Assembly: GCA_030390025.1 (NCBI GenBank)
Contig: CM059432.1
Coordinates: 109,370,001 to 109,434,000, forward strand
DNA: 64,000 nt
Direction: 5' to 3'
Source of the DNA: Squalus acanthias
Taxonomy: Eukaryota
The notes under the pieces are model-generated. The model saw nothing but the letters and a program-made list of their open reading frames with translations. It made no database searches and was not told the origin of the DNA. Below, one piece after another: positions 11,790 to 24,292 of the stretch (the stretch's first letter is position 1; every line of letters starts with the position of its first letter). Position numbers and translations under genes: made by a program.

Positions 11790-13547
11790 AAAAATTCAAT
11801 CATGGGATTTGGGCATCGCTGGCAAGGCCAGAATTTATTGCCCATCTCTAATTGCCCTTGAGAAGGTGGTGGTGAGCTGCCTTCTTGAACCGCTGCAGTC
11901 CGTGTGGTGAAGGTACTCCCACAGTGCTGTAAGGTAGGGAGTTCCAGGATTTTGACCCAGTGACGATGAAGGAACAGCGATATACTTCTAAGTCCGGATG
12001 GTGTGTGACTTGGAGGGGACTTGGAGATGGTGACGTTCCCATGCGCCTGCTGCCCTTGTCCTTCTAGATAGCAAAAGTCTCGAGTTTGGGAGGTGCTGTC
12101 GAAGAAACCTTGGTGAGTTGCTGCAGTGCATCTTGTAGATGGTACACACTGCAGCCACGGTGTGTTAGTGGTGGAGGGAGTGAATGTTTAAGGTGGTGAT
12201 CCATCTCGGCCTCCTTCTGAGGTCCCCACCATCATAGAAGCCAGTCTTCAGCCAATTCGATTTGCTCCATATGATATCAAGAAACGGATGAGCGCACTGG
12301 ATACAGCAAAGGCCCCGACAATATCCCAGCTGTAGTGTTGAAGTCTTGTGCTCCAGAACTAGCCGTGCCTCTAGCCAAGCTGTTCCAATACACCTACAAC
12401 ACTGGCATCTATCCGACAATGTGGAAAACTGCCCAGGTATGTCCTGTCCACGAAAAGCAGGACAAATCCAACCTGTCCAATTACCGCCCCATCAGTCTAC
12501 TCTCAATCATCAGCAAAGTGATGGAAGGTGTCATCGACAGTGCTATCAAGCGGCACTTACTCACCAATAATCTGCTCACTGAGGCCCAGTTTGGGTTCCG
12601 TCAAGACTACTCGGCTCACGACCTCATTACAGCCTTGGTCCAAACATGGACAAAGGAGCTGAATTCCAGAGGTGTGGTGAGAGTGAATGCCCTTGACATC
12701 AAGGCAGCATTTGACTGAGTGTGGAATCAAGGAGCCCTAGTAAAACTGAAGTCAATGGGAATCAGGGGGAAAATGCTCCACTGGCTGGAGTCATACCTAG
12801 CACAAAGGAAGATGGTTGTGGTGGTTGAAGGTCAATCATCACAGCCCCAGGACATCGCTGCAGGAGTTCCTCAGGGCAGTATCCTCGGCCCAACCATCTT
12901 CAGCTGCTTCATCAATGACCTTCCCTCTATCATAAGGTCAGAAATGGGGATGTTCGCTGATGACCGCACAGTGTTCAGTGCCATTCACAACTCCTCAGAT
13001 AATGAAGCTGTCCATGCCCGCATGCAACAAGACCTGGACGACGTTCAGGCTTGGGCTGATAAGTGGCAGGTAACATTCGCGCCACAGAAGTGCCAGGCAA
13101 TGACTATCTCCAACAAGCTAGAGTCTAACCACCTCCCCTTGACATTCAACGGCATTACCATCGCCGAATCCCCCACCATCAACATCCTGGGGGTCACCAT
13201 TGACCAGAAACTTAACTGGACCAGCCACATAAATACTGTGGCAACAAGAGCAGGTCAGAGGCTAGGTATTCTGCGGTGAGTGACTCACCTCCTGACTCCC
13301 CAAAGCCTTTCCACCATCTACAAGGCACAAGTGGCTGAGTGGCCAGGTCCTGCTCCTACTTCTTGTGTTCTTTAGATTTGAGGTGAGGATCAGATCAGCC
13401 ATGATCTTATTGAATGGCAGAGCAGGCTCAAAGGGCCGATTGGCCTACTCCTGCTCCTATTTCTTATGTTCTTATGTTCTTAAGTAAGGAGTGTGATGGA
13501 ATACACTGCACTTGCCTGGATGAGTGCAGCTCCAACAGCACTCAAGA
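11790..13547. mobile_element. Second CR1-group LINE: 3' end on minus strand (11790-12198) fused to RT on plus strand (12199-13547)
   Basis: ORFs 12335..12718 and 12719..13279 (YRPISLL, QFGFR, LDIKAAFD, PQGS, FADD); opposite-strand 3' end. Confidence 0.85.
13332..13480 (+). mobile_element. Short CR1 3' end with doubled tail
   Basis: Two tandem tail modules ending (TTCTTATG)n; flanked by AAGT. Confidence 0.8.
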
Positions 13548-14617
13548 AGTGATGGAAGGTGTCATCGACAGTGTAATCAACCGGCACTTATTCACCAATA
13601 ACCTGCTCACCGATGCTCAGTTTGGGTTCTGTCAGGACCGCTCGGCTCCTGACCTCATTCCAGCTTTGGTCCAAACATGGACAAAAGAGCTGAAATCCAG
13701 AGGTGAGTTGAGAATGACTGCCCTTGACATCAAGGCAACATTTGACCGAGTATTGTATCAAGGAGCCCGAGTAAAATTGAAGTCAATGGGAATCAGGGGG
13801 GAAACTCTCCACTGGCTGGAGTCATACCTAGCGCAAAGGAAGATGGTTATGGTTTTTGAAGGCCAATCATCTCAGCCCTAGGATATCACTGCAGGAGTTC
13901 CTCAGGGCAGTGTCCTAGGCCCAACCATCTTCAGCTGCTTCATCCATGACCTTCACTCCAATCTAAGGTCAGAAGTGGGGATGTTCGCTGATGACTGCAC
14001 AGTGTTGAGTTCCATTCACAGATAAGGAAGTAGTCCAAGCCCGCATGCAGCAAGACCTGGTCAACATTTAGGCTTGGGCTGATAAGTGGCAATTAACATT
14101 TGCACCACACAAGTGTCAGGTAATGACCATCTCCAACAAGTCTAACATCCGCCCCTTGACATTCAATGGCAATTTCATCGTCGAAATCCCGCACCATTGA
14201 CCATAAACTTAACTGGACCAACCACATAAATACTGTGGCAACAAGAGCAGGTCAGAGGCTAGGTATTCTGTGGCGAGTGCCTCACCTCCTGACTCCCCAA
14301 AGCCTTTCCACCATCTACAAGGCACAAGTAAGGAGTGTGATGGAATACTCTCCACTTGCCTGGATGAGTGCAGCTCCAACAACACTCAAGAAGCTGGACA
14401 CCATCCAGGACAAAGCAGCCCACTTGATTGGCACCCCATCCACCACCTTAAACATTCACTCCCTCCACCACCAGCGTACCGTGGCTGCAGTGTGTACTAT
14501 CTACAAGATGCACTGCAGCAACTCACCAAGGCTCCTTTGGCAGCACCTCCCAAACCCGCGACCTCTACCATCTAGAAGGACAAGGGCAGCAGGCGCATGG
14601 GAACACCACCACCTGCA
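13545..14617 (+). mobile_element. Second copy of the same CR1-group RT region, with stops
   Basis: ORFs 13414..13881 and 14166..14726 repeat the peptide of 12517 onward. Confidence 0.85.
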
Positions 14618-15125
14618 CTTTGGAGCTCTGATCTATCAGATCAGGATGGGTGCTGCTTATGCTGCCTTAGATTGGACCTCAGATGAGGACCAAGATGACC
14701 AACAATGGCACCAGCAACAACACTAACAGCCTGCTGGTCACAGACCTGTAGCTCCACAGGAAACATAGGGGTAGAAATTAGGTCGCGCCCCATTTGGGGC
14801 GCAAATATCGTCCGGACGCAAATATTAGCGCCTGGCGCTAATTATCGGCACTGACAGGAAACTTCACTTTTACCGCCCCGGGAGGTGAGTGGAGCGCTAA
14901 AGCAGGCGCTGCACACCTCTCTTAAGGCGCAAAGGCCAAGGAGTGAGGCGCTAACTCAGCGCACGAGCGCAGCGCAGCTGCTGCCAGTTAGCGAGGGAAC
15001 ACAGACACACTGGCGCCGGACACTTCTTAAAGCGGGGGGGGGCCATTTGCTCCCCAGCCACACCCTGCTCATCGCAGCCTTGAATCTCAGCCTGGAGAGA
15101 CCTGTAATCCATTTTGCTGCCAAGC

Positions 15126-17109
15126 ATGGAGAGGGTGAGAGAACGCGCTCATCGCTTCACCGAGCGGGCCTTAGATGCTCTGGTTGACGCAGTGGAGCGC
15201 AGACGATGTATGCTGTTCCCTGAGAGTGGCAGGAGGCCTTTGCCACGCGAGTTCAGAAGAGTGTGGAGGGAGGTGGCTCAGAGCGTCTCCTCCAGGAGCA
15301 TGGTGCCCAGGACCCATACTCAATGCCGCAAAAAGTTCACGACCTCACTTGGGTCGTCAGGGTGAGTGGCTTTTTCTCAATACCTCTCCATCCCTCCATC
15401 TCAACCTCACTCTATGGCCAGAGGGTCTTAAAACCCCAATGCACAACACTCATCCAACACCTATGGCCCTTTCATCAAACACACACGCGCATTCCACACT
15501 TTGCATACAGTAAGGGCTATTCACCTATGGGAGGCACATCAGGCAAGACCATGACTGTATATTGTAAGGGCTATTCACCTATGGGAGGCACATCAGGCAA
15601 GACCATGGCTGTATATTGTAAGGGCTATTCACCAATGGGAGGCACATCAGGCAAGACCATGGCTGTATATTGTAAGGGCTATTCACCTATGGGAGGCACA
15701 TCAGGCAAGACCATGGCTGTATATTGTAAGGGCTATTCACCTATGGGAGGCACATCAGGCAAGACCATGGCTGTATATTTACTCAGATGCTGTCCTTTTT
15801 CTTTCAGGCTAAGCTGGCTCATAATAGGAGACAGCAGCAACGGACAGGTGGAGGGCGGCTTCAGCTGCAACCCCTCAGCGATCTGGAGGAGCGCGTCCAC
15901 AGGATTGTGGCAAGCCGGGTGATCGGTCCCGTCGCCACTGGAGACGCCGACCCCGTTCTGGACAGCAATGGTAAGGTCATCACCTTTTTGTCCTCTGTCC
16001 TTCCACTTGTCCCTCACAATACCAGCCTTTGACACTTTCAATCCAACTTGCTAACTCGCTGCACTTATTCCTCCCTTACTGCCACCCTGTCCTCACGCTA
16101 AAGCCACTCTTGTACCTCCCTGCTTTCAGATGGTGATTCACCAGCTGAGGAGACGGGCCCTGAAGCTGCCACTGGGAGTGATGCTGCAGCTGAGGAGGAA
16201 GAGGAAGCCAGAGCATCAGTGCCACCCTCTCCCGAGGAAGCCTATGCCCACACTGGGAACACGCCTTCCCCGGAGGGGAGCAGGGGGGAAGGGGCTGATG
16301 ATGGTGAAGCTCCAGGACCCAGCGGGCTGCAGCAATGCCATGGGGGGGGTAGGGAAGAACGGGGGCCTTCTCCCCAGAGGGAGAGTATGCCAGCGACTCC
16401 TACTGCAATGGACGCAGAGGAGGAGCGGCTGATTGCAGAAATGAACACCCAGGCGGTGGGCATGCACACTGAGCTCATGGGTGCAGTGGGAAGGGTGCCC
16501 GATTGCATTGAGTCACTGGCAAGGAGTGTGGAGCACTTCGCTGTAGCACAGGCGGATGCCACACTAACGCTTAGTGCTGCAATTCAGTCACTGGCTGCCG
16601 TGATCCCACCTCTGACTGCTCTCATACAGACTCAGATGGAGGCCACGCGAGCACAGACTGCTGCCAACCTCGATGGTTCGTGCACATGTCCCCGGGGCTG
16701 TCACCGCGCCGCAGCAGGCCAGCAATCTGTTCTCCGGCAAATTGCTCCGGATGCTGAAGTGCTGCCCCGTGGGAGTGCCAGTGTGTCGGGCGAGCAGGGA
16801 GTTGCTGGCCTCTCTCACGATGACAGCATTCCTGCTGCCAACACTGTCACTTCTCCACTGCACTTGCCACCGCCTGTAGGACAGACTGCTGCCGCCCATG
16901 CAGAGTTGGTGCAGTCTGCAGCCGGGCCCTCCAGGCCCAGAACTGGTCGAGGTCATCTTTCAGGGGCATCTGCAGTGTCAGGGTCTGACGAGCAGCAGCC
17001 TTCCACCAGCCTTGCTGCAGCCACTGAGGTCCCATTACGGAGGAGCAGTAGGGTTAGAAGGGGGGAAGTGCGCAAGGGAAGGAGATCACCCTCGAAGGGC
17101 AAAAAGTAG
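15126..17109 (+). pseudogene. Harbinger Myb/SANT-like gene, exons 15126-15361, 15808-15970, 16130-17109; 1-bp deletion in exon 1
   Basis: RFTERALDALV..W..VA..V....RTHTQCRKKF; GT-AG sites conserved in all 3 copies; AAGTTCAC here vs AAGTTCAAC in copies 2 and 3. Confidence 0.88.
15511..15779. repeat. 54-bp tandem repeat x5 in Myb intron 1
   Basis: Unit TAAGGGCTATTCACCTATGGGAGGCACATCAGGCAAGACCATGGCTGTATATTG. Confidence 0.95.
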
Positions 17110-17403
17110 GAGGTGTGACAAAATGCTGGTCATTTTTTTATTAAAGGCCGAGGTTCATGGTCCAACTTTTGTTTAGTGTTTTGGACATTATCTCCAGGTT
17201 GTGAGAACCAGTTATGTTATTGACTGTTTTTTTGTGTTTATTTCTATGAGTTTGTCATGAGGAATTGACACACACAGAGTTTGTAAAATAAATAAGTTTC
17301 TGTATTCAAAATATACATGGCTGGTGGTTGGAATTATTGGTGCCTTGGCCGGCTTAGGGGTTGCGTGCTGGGTTGATTAGTGTTTGTAGCAATGGCAGGG
17401 GCC

Positions 17404-18564
17404 CTAGAAGCGGCTTGCTATTAGTCGTTGACGGACGGCCCTTGCAGTTTGACCATTGTGGGCCGCCCTCCTGCCTTGGTGCTGCTGATGATCATTGTCC
17501 TCGTCCTCTTCCTCCTCTTCCTCCTCCTCCTCTGGTGGTGCTACAAGGCCTGGTGGCATTGGCTGGGTCCTGAGGATTGCCATGTTGTGCAACATGCAGC
17601 ACACGACTACGAGGTTCGAAACTTGCTCAGGCGAGTACTGCAGGGCTCCTCCGGAATGGTCCAGACAGCGGAACCGTTGTTTCAGCACGCCGATTGTGCG
17701 CTCAATAATGTTCCTGGTTGCTTGATGGCTTTCATTGTACCGCAGCTCAGCAGGGGTGTTTGGCGTACGGAGCGGTGTCATCAGCCAGGTGCTCAATGCG
17801 TACCCCTTGTCCCCCAGAAGCCAACCAACTGGCTGATGCGGTGCCTCGAAAACTTCTGCCACAGTAGTCTGGCGCAGGATGATAACATCGTGGCAGCTGC
17901 CCGGATAGTGGGCATTGACAGCAAGTATCAGCTGTCTGTGGTCACAGACCAACTGCACATTCAAGGAATGGAACCCCTTTCTGTTCCTGAATTCCTCTGC
18001 ATTCTCTCGCGGAGCACGCAAAGCCACATGCGTGCAGTCAATGGCGCCCTGCACCATGGGGAAGCCCGCTACCCTCGCAAAGCCCAGAGCACGGTCACGC
18101 TGCTTGTCTGGGGTCATAGGGAAAGAGATGAAGTCTCGTCTCCTTCTGAAGAGGGCATTGGTGACCTGCCGGATGCAGCGATGCACAGCAAACTGGGAGA
18201 TATTGGCGAGGTCCCCAACAGCAGCTTGGAATGAGCCAGTGGCGTAGAAGTTCAAAGCCACTGTGACCTTCACTGCCACCGACAGAGACGTCCTGGACCT
18301 CAGCTGAGGCTGCAGATCTGGCTGCAGCAGGTGGCAGAGCTCAGTGACCACCTCCTTGCTGAATCGCAGCCTTCGCAAACACAGCTCCTCGGACATATGG
18401 ATGTAGGAGAGCTGTTCACGATATACCCTGGGAGGGTAAGCTCTCCTGTACATGCGCCTGATGGCCCTCCTCCATCTGGCCATCATTGCCACTCTCTGTC
18501 TGCGTCTCTGTATCCTCCGATTCAGCTGGAGCAGGACGACGCCCCCAATCATTGCAGCCCCCAT
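17404..18564 (-). CDS. HARBI1-like DDE transposase, intact 386-aa ORF
   Basis: GAIDCTH, NRKGFHSLNVQ, YPGSCHD, LLGDKGY, RNIIERTIGVLKQRFRCL, CCMLHN; ATG at 18564. Confidence 0.92.
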   Translation of the reverse strand: MGAAMIGGVVLLQLNRRIQRRRQRVAMMARWRRAIRRMYRRAYPPRVYREQLSYIHMSEELCLRRLRFSKEVVTELCHLLQPDLQPQLRSRTSLSVAVKVTVALNFYATGSFQAAVGDLANISQFAVHRCIRQVTNALFRRRRDFISFPMTPDKQRDRALGFARVAGFPMVQGAIDCTHVALRAPRENAEEFRNRKGFHSLNVQLVCDHRQLILAVNAHYPGSCHDVIILRQTTVAEVFEAPHQPVGWLLGDKGYALSTWLMTPLRTPNTPAELRYNESHQATRNIIERTIGVLKQRFRCLDHSGGALQYSPEQVSNLVVVCCMLHNMAILRTQPMPPGLVAPPEEEEEEEEEDEDNDHQQHQGRRAAHNGQTARAVRQRLIASRF

Positions 18565-19073
18565 ATTCTCTTTGCCAGAAAAGTAATGAGGTACAGCAAC
18601 TAAAGTAGCAACAAAGTTAGGATGGATAGGCAAAACTACCTCACAAAGCGTTGAGTCAATGTAGAAGTCTCTCTCTCTCTCTCTCCGAATCTCTCTCTCT
18701 CTCTCAGAATGAGTGGTGCATAAATGTCGACCACAGAAAAAGACAGGAAGAGGCCCCCTTTAAATAGCGCCCCCCCAGCCCCACACCGATTGATAAAGTT
18801 CCAGTCTTCCGGTCGTTGGAAGCGCCAGGCGGTAAGGCAGGGGGCGCCACTCAATTCCGCTCCGGGGCGCCCCAAGGGCGTTGCACCATGGAATGACGTC
18901 ACAATCTGCGCGCGCAGGTGGTCGCAGCGGTAAGTTTTAGCGCCGCCGCACAATCTCAAGTTAAGTTCTCGAGCGGCGCAAACATCGCTGCGCCCGGGCG
19001 TTAGCGGCTTAACGCCCCATTAGCGCCCTCTTAAGGCGCTAACGGGAGGCGCAACCAAGTGAATTTTTACCCC

Positions 19074-21490
19074 ATAGAAACATAGAAAAATAGGAGCAGG
19101 AGTAGGCCATTCGGCCCTTCGAGCCTGCTCCGTCATTCAATATGATCATGGCTGATCCTCTATCTCAATACCATATTTCCACTCTCTCCCCATACCCCTT
19201 GACGTGTTTTGCATCTAGAAATCTATCTATCTCCTTCTTAAATATATTCTGTAACTTGGCCTCCACAGCCTTCTGTGGTAGAGAATTCCACAGGTTCACC
19301 ACCCTCTGAGTGAAGAAATTTCTCCTCATCTCAGTCCTAAATGTCCTACCGCATGTCCTGAGACTGTGACCCCTCGTTCTAGACCCCCCAGCCAGGGGAA
19401 ACATCCTCCCTGCATCCAGTCTGTCTAGCCCTGTCAGAATTTTATATGTTTCAATGAGATCCCCTCTCATTCTTCTAAACTCTAGTGAATACAGGCCTAG
19501 TCGACCGAATCTCTCCTCATATGACAGTCCTGCCATCCCAGGAATCAGTCTGGTGAACCTTCGCTGCACTCCCTCTATGGCAAGTATATCCTTTCTTAGG
19601 GAAGGAGACCAAAACTGCACACAATACTCCAGGTGTGGTCTCACCAAGGCCCTGTACAACTGTAGTAAGACATCCTTGCTCCTGTACTCAAATCCTCTTG
19701 CAATGAAGGCCAACATACCATTTGCCTTCCTAACTGCTTGCTGCACCTGCATGTTTGCTTTCAGTGACTGGTGTACAAGGACACCCAGGTCCCTTTGTAC
19801 ATCAACATTTCCCAATCCATTAACATTTAAATAATACTCTGCCTTTCTGTTTTTCCTACCGAAGTGGATAACTTCACATTTATCCACGTTATACTGCATC
19901 TGCCATGTATTTGCCCACTCACTCAACTTGTCTAAATCGCCTTGAAGCCTCTTTGCATCCTCCTCACAACTCACAATCCCACCTAGTTTTGTGTCGTCAG
20001 CAAACTTGGAAATATTACATTTGGTTCCCTCATCCAAATCATTGATATATATTGTGAATAGCTGGGGCCCAAGCACTGATCCCTGCAGTACCCCACTAGT
20101 CACTGCCTGCCACCCGAAAAAGACCCATTTATTCCTACTCTCTGTTTCCTGTCTGTTAACCAATTTTCAATTCATGCCAATATATTACCCCCAATCCCAT
20201 GTGCTTTAATTTTGCACACTAACCTCTTATGTGGGATTTTATCAAAGGCCTTTTGAAAATCCAAATACACCACATCCACTGGTTCTCCCTTATCTATTCT
20301 ACCAGTTACATCCTCAAAAAACTCCAGTAGGTTTGCCAAACACGATTTCCCTTTCCTAAATCCATGTTAACTTTGTCTAATCCCATTGATATTTTCTAAG
20401 TGTCCTGTTATCACATCCTTTAAAATAGACTCTAGCATTTTCCCTACTACTGATGTTAGGCTAACCGGTCTGTAGTTCCCTGTTTTCCCTCTCCCTCCTT
20501 TTTTAAATAGTGGGGTTACATTTGCCACCCTCCAATCTGCAGGAACTGTTCCATAATCTATAGAATTTTGGAAGATAACAACCAATGCATTCACTATTTC
20601 CATGGCTACCTCTCTTAGTACTCTGGGATGCAGATTATCAGTCCCATTAATTTCTCCAGCATTATTTTTTTACTAAGACGAATTTCCTTTAATTCCTCCT
20701 TCTCACTAGACCCATGGTTCCTTAACATTTCTGGGAAGTTATTTGTGTCCTCTTCCGTGAAGACAGAACCAAACTATTTGTTTAATTGCTCTGCTATTTC
20801 CTTGTTCTCCATTATAAATTCTCCCTTTTCTGACTGAAAGGGACCTACATTTGTCTTCACTAATCTTTTTCTTTTTACATACTTGTAGAAGCTTTTACAG
20901 TCCGCTTTTATGTTCCTTGCAAGTTTACTCTCATACTCTATTTTTCCTCTCTTAATCAATTTCTTGGTCCTTTTTTGCTGAATTCTAAACTGCTCCCAAT
21001 CCTCAGGCTTGCTACTTTTTCTGGCAACTTTATATGACTCCTCTTTGGATCTAATACTATCCTTAATTTATTTTGTTAGCCATGGTTGGGCCGCTTTTAC
21101 TTTTGTGTTTTTGCACCAGAAAGGAATGTATAACTGTTGCAATTCATGCATTCGTTCCTTAAATGTTAGCCATTGCCTATCCACCGTCATGCCTTTTAAT
21201 GGAGCTCCCCAATCTATCATAGCCAACTCCCTCCTCATACCTTCGTAGTTTCCTTTGTTTAGATTTAGGACCCTAGTTTTGGATTGGACTACTTCACTTT
21301 CCATCTTAATGAAGAATTCTATCATGTTATGGTCACTCTTCCCTAAAGGACCCCGCACAACAAGATTATTAATTAACCCCTTCTCATTGCACAATACCCA
21401 ATCTAGGATAGCCTATTCCCTAGTTGGCTCCTCAATGTACTGGTCTAAAAAACCATCTCGTACACACTCCAGGAATTCATCCTCCACAGT
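19074..21490 (-). mobile_element. CR1 LINE, 5'-truncated, disrupted ORF2
   Basis: ORFs 19165..20163, 20367..20603, 21068..21394; (CATAGAAA)n tail split by Harbinger copy 1. Confidence 0.93.
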
Positions 21491-22111
21491 AGGCTACTGA
21501 CTGGGTGGGTGGGGGGAGGGGGGATGGGCAGGGTTTAGGGGGGAAACGGGTGACCCAGCTGCATTTCTCTGCTAGCAATGTGCTGGAGAATACTTTGCTG
21601 CGGATCAGTGGGACGCTGCAAGACCAAGGCTAGGGTACCGTTCGTCCTATTTAAGTTGGCATCCAGAGTCTGCAAGCCCTTGTTCAAGGCCTGCATGCAC
21701 TCATTTGATTGCCACATTTGATGCTCCATGAGTTGGCCATTCTATCCATGGAAGAAGTCATCATTACAATGGCCTGTGACAACATCCCACTCATGCTTGA
21801 GGCTGACTCCTCAATCTCTCTACAATCATGGACAGTATGCTTGGAACATAAGGACATAAGAACATAAGAAATAGGAGCAGGAGTAGGCCTTTTGGCCCTT
21901 CGAGCCTGCTCGCCATTCAATAAGATCATGGCTGATTTTCGACCTCAACTCCACATTCCTGCACTATCCCCATATCCCTTGATTCCCTTAATATCCAAAA
22001 ATCTATCGATCTCTGTCTTGAATATACTCAATGACTGAGCCTCTGCAGCTTTCTGGGCTAGAAAATTCCAAAGATTCACCACCCTCTGAGTGAAGAAATT
22101 TCTCCTAATCT

Positions 22112-24292
22112 TGAAGGGATAATTACAAGTCCTAGCCCTTTTCAGGCTACCCCAGATCAGGCATATTCCCCAGACGTTCACCTTCAACTAAAGTTAAAGT
22201 TAGCCGAATTCTATAAGACGCTTAATTGGGTCTAAAGGTCAGACTACCTCTCCCTAAAGGAAAGGAATGATGTGAAGATGTTACCGTCTTCCGGATAGCA
22301 CTTTTAATAAGTTTAACTGCAACCTTCCGGACATTATGAGGGTCCAGAATACCCCCCAGAATTCTGCTACTCCTTTGAGTATACAGAAATTGAGTTCACG
22401 AGTTTATACAGAAATACTCTGTGAGATAATTCTAAAAATATATAGATTTATTAAAGAACCGACATTTAGTTAACAGCTGTTATGGCAATCACAACTTTAA
22501 TAGTTCAAAATACAAATAGCTTACATTTCTTATCAGAGATCCTTATTCTCAAATCTTAACTTTGTTACATTTCCACATTTCTACTTATTTCTTAATCCAG
22601 AATATCCACCAAAATCAAATACCTTGTTTACCCGAGACTCAGAGTTGTAAACTTACAGAGCGTGCCTGTGAAGTTGAGAAATGCTTGCCCTTCCAGCGAC
22701 TTCTGACTTTTCATCTGAAAAGCTCTTATTTTTATACTCTTTTTTTAGTGGTTTATTCTTTGAAGTATTCTGCTGATGTAAGCTAATTGTCTCTAGTGAT
22801 ACTCTATTGAATTGTTTTCTATTCTTACTGTTAATTCAACTGTTGCAACCAGACTTGTGTCTCTACCTTTAGGTGTTCAAAAACTTATCATTTTTATGGT
22901 TATTATCGATTTATCTATTTGATGCCATTCTTAGGAAGTCTTTCTATTGAAACGAGTCCTGGGTGTCCTTGTGCACCAGTCGCTGAAGGTAAGCATGCAG
23001 GTGCAGCAGGCGGTGAAGAAGGCAAATGGTATGTTGGCCTTCATAGCGAAAGGGGTTGAGTATAGGAACAGGGATGTCCTGCTGCAGTTGTACAGGGCCT
23101 TGGTGAGACCACACCTTGAGTATTGTGTGCAGTTTTGGTCGCCTTATCTGAGGAAGGATGTTCTTGCCATGGAAGGAGTTCAGCGAAGATTCACAAGGCT
23201 GATACCTGGGATGGCAGGAATGACATATGAGGAGAGATTGGGTCGATTGGGCTTATACTCGCTGGAGTATAGAAGAATGAGAGGGGATCTCATCGAAACA
23301 TATAAAATTCTGACAGGTCTGGACAAATTAGATGCAGGAAGAATGTTCCCGATGATCGGAGAGTCCAGAACCAGGGGTCATAATCTAAGGATAAGGGGTA
23401 AGCCATTTAGGACAGAAATGAGGAAGAATTTCTTCACCCAGAGAGTGGTGAACCTGTGGAATTCTCTACCACAAAAGGTAGTTGAGGCGAAGTCATTAAA
23501 TATATTCAAGAATTAGTTAGATATATTTCTTAAAGCTAAAGGTATCAAGGGATATGGGGAGAAGGCAGGTACAGGGTACTGAGTTTGGATGATTAGCCAT
23601 GATCTCATCGAATGGCAGAGCAGGCTCGAGGGGCCGAATGGCCTACTCCTGCTCCTATCTTCTATGTTTCTATTCTTAATATCACTTAACTGCTTGTAAG
23701 CCAGACGTCGTGTCTCCTTGTGTTCCAAGTTTAACAAATAAACAATGTGATTGCTTGGTGTCATCTATTGATGTAATATCTACAAAGTCTCTCTGTAGGT
23801 ACTTTTTACAATTTGTAATTCAAAAACACTGCATTTCTTATTCCTTCAATTGGTTATATTAAGAACCATGTCTCCTTGTTCTAAGTTTAACATAAAACTA
23901 TTTTACGGCAGGTATTTCTTTTACTTGATGTCATTTTTTCAAAGGCACTTGGTTTTTTTAATGTTCTGTGCACCTGTTTGACGTGTTAGATTTTGACACT
24001 TTACTTGGGTCATTCCATTGTGTTGGTTCCAATGTTCAGACATAGAGGAACCTCCAGCCTGCTGTTTCAATAGGGCCATGTTTTTGTATTTACAAACTTT
24101 TCCCATTTCAAAGTTTGTGGTGTTTTACAGCTTTGTGTTAACAAACCATCTTATCTCATAAGCCTGTATTTCTGTTTTACGGCTTGTGTCGTTGAGGCTT
24201 TTAGATTTTTAACCCCAGTTTGTCATGTTTTAATATTATCAAATCTGTTTATAGGATGATGTATTTCTTGGAATATGGCTATTTCCTTCACA
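22112..24292 (-). mobile_element. Probable solo LTR (~1.45 kb after removing the nested CR1)
   Basis: TGAAGG...CCTTCACA ends, TSD ATCT; minus-strand TATAAAA (~22733) upstream of AATAAA (22447-22452). Confidence 0.65.
22953..23672 (+). mobile_element. CR1 3' fragment nested in the solo LTR
   Basis: ORF 22947..23516 RT C-terminus; tail TTCTATGTTTCTAT. Confidence 0.92.

Larger units (their letters stand above)
14768..19073 (+). mobile_element. PIF/Harbinger transposon, copy 1 (4306 bp)
   Basis: TIR GGGGTAGAAATT / AATTTTTACCCC, TSD ATA, convergent Myb gene and transposase. Confidence 0.97.

Noticed and set aside
15511..15779. CRISPR-like array (also 45772-46194, 35559-36350, 59172-59873)
   Set aside because: Head-to-tail repeats without unique spacers, no cas genes, eukaryotic context.
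17428..18234. Antisense 268-aa ORF over the transposase (also 31669..32475)
   Set aside because: Shadow frame of a GC-rich gene, non-ATG start, no motif; sharing among young copies is uninformative.
17404..18564. Domesticated host HARBI1 or NAIF1/MSANTD genes
   Set aside because: Inside TIR- and TSD-bounded multicopy elements with independent lesions.
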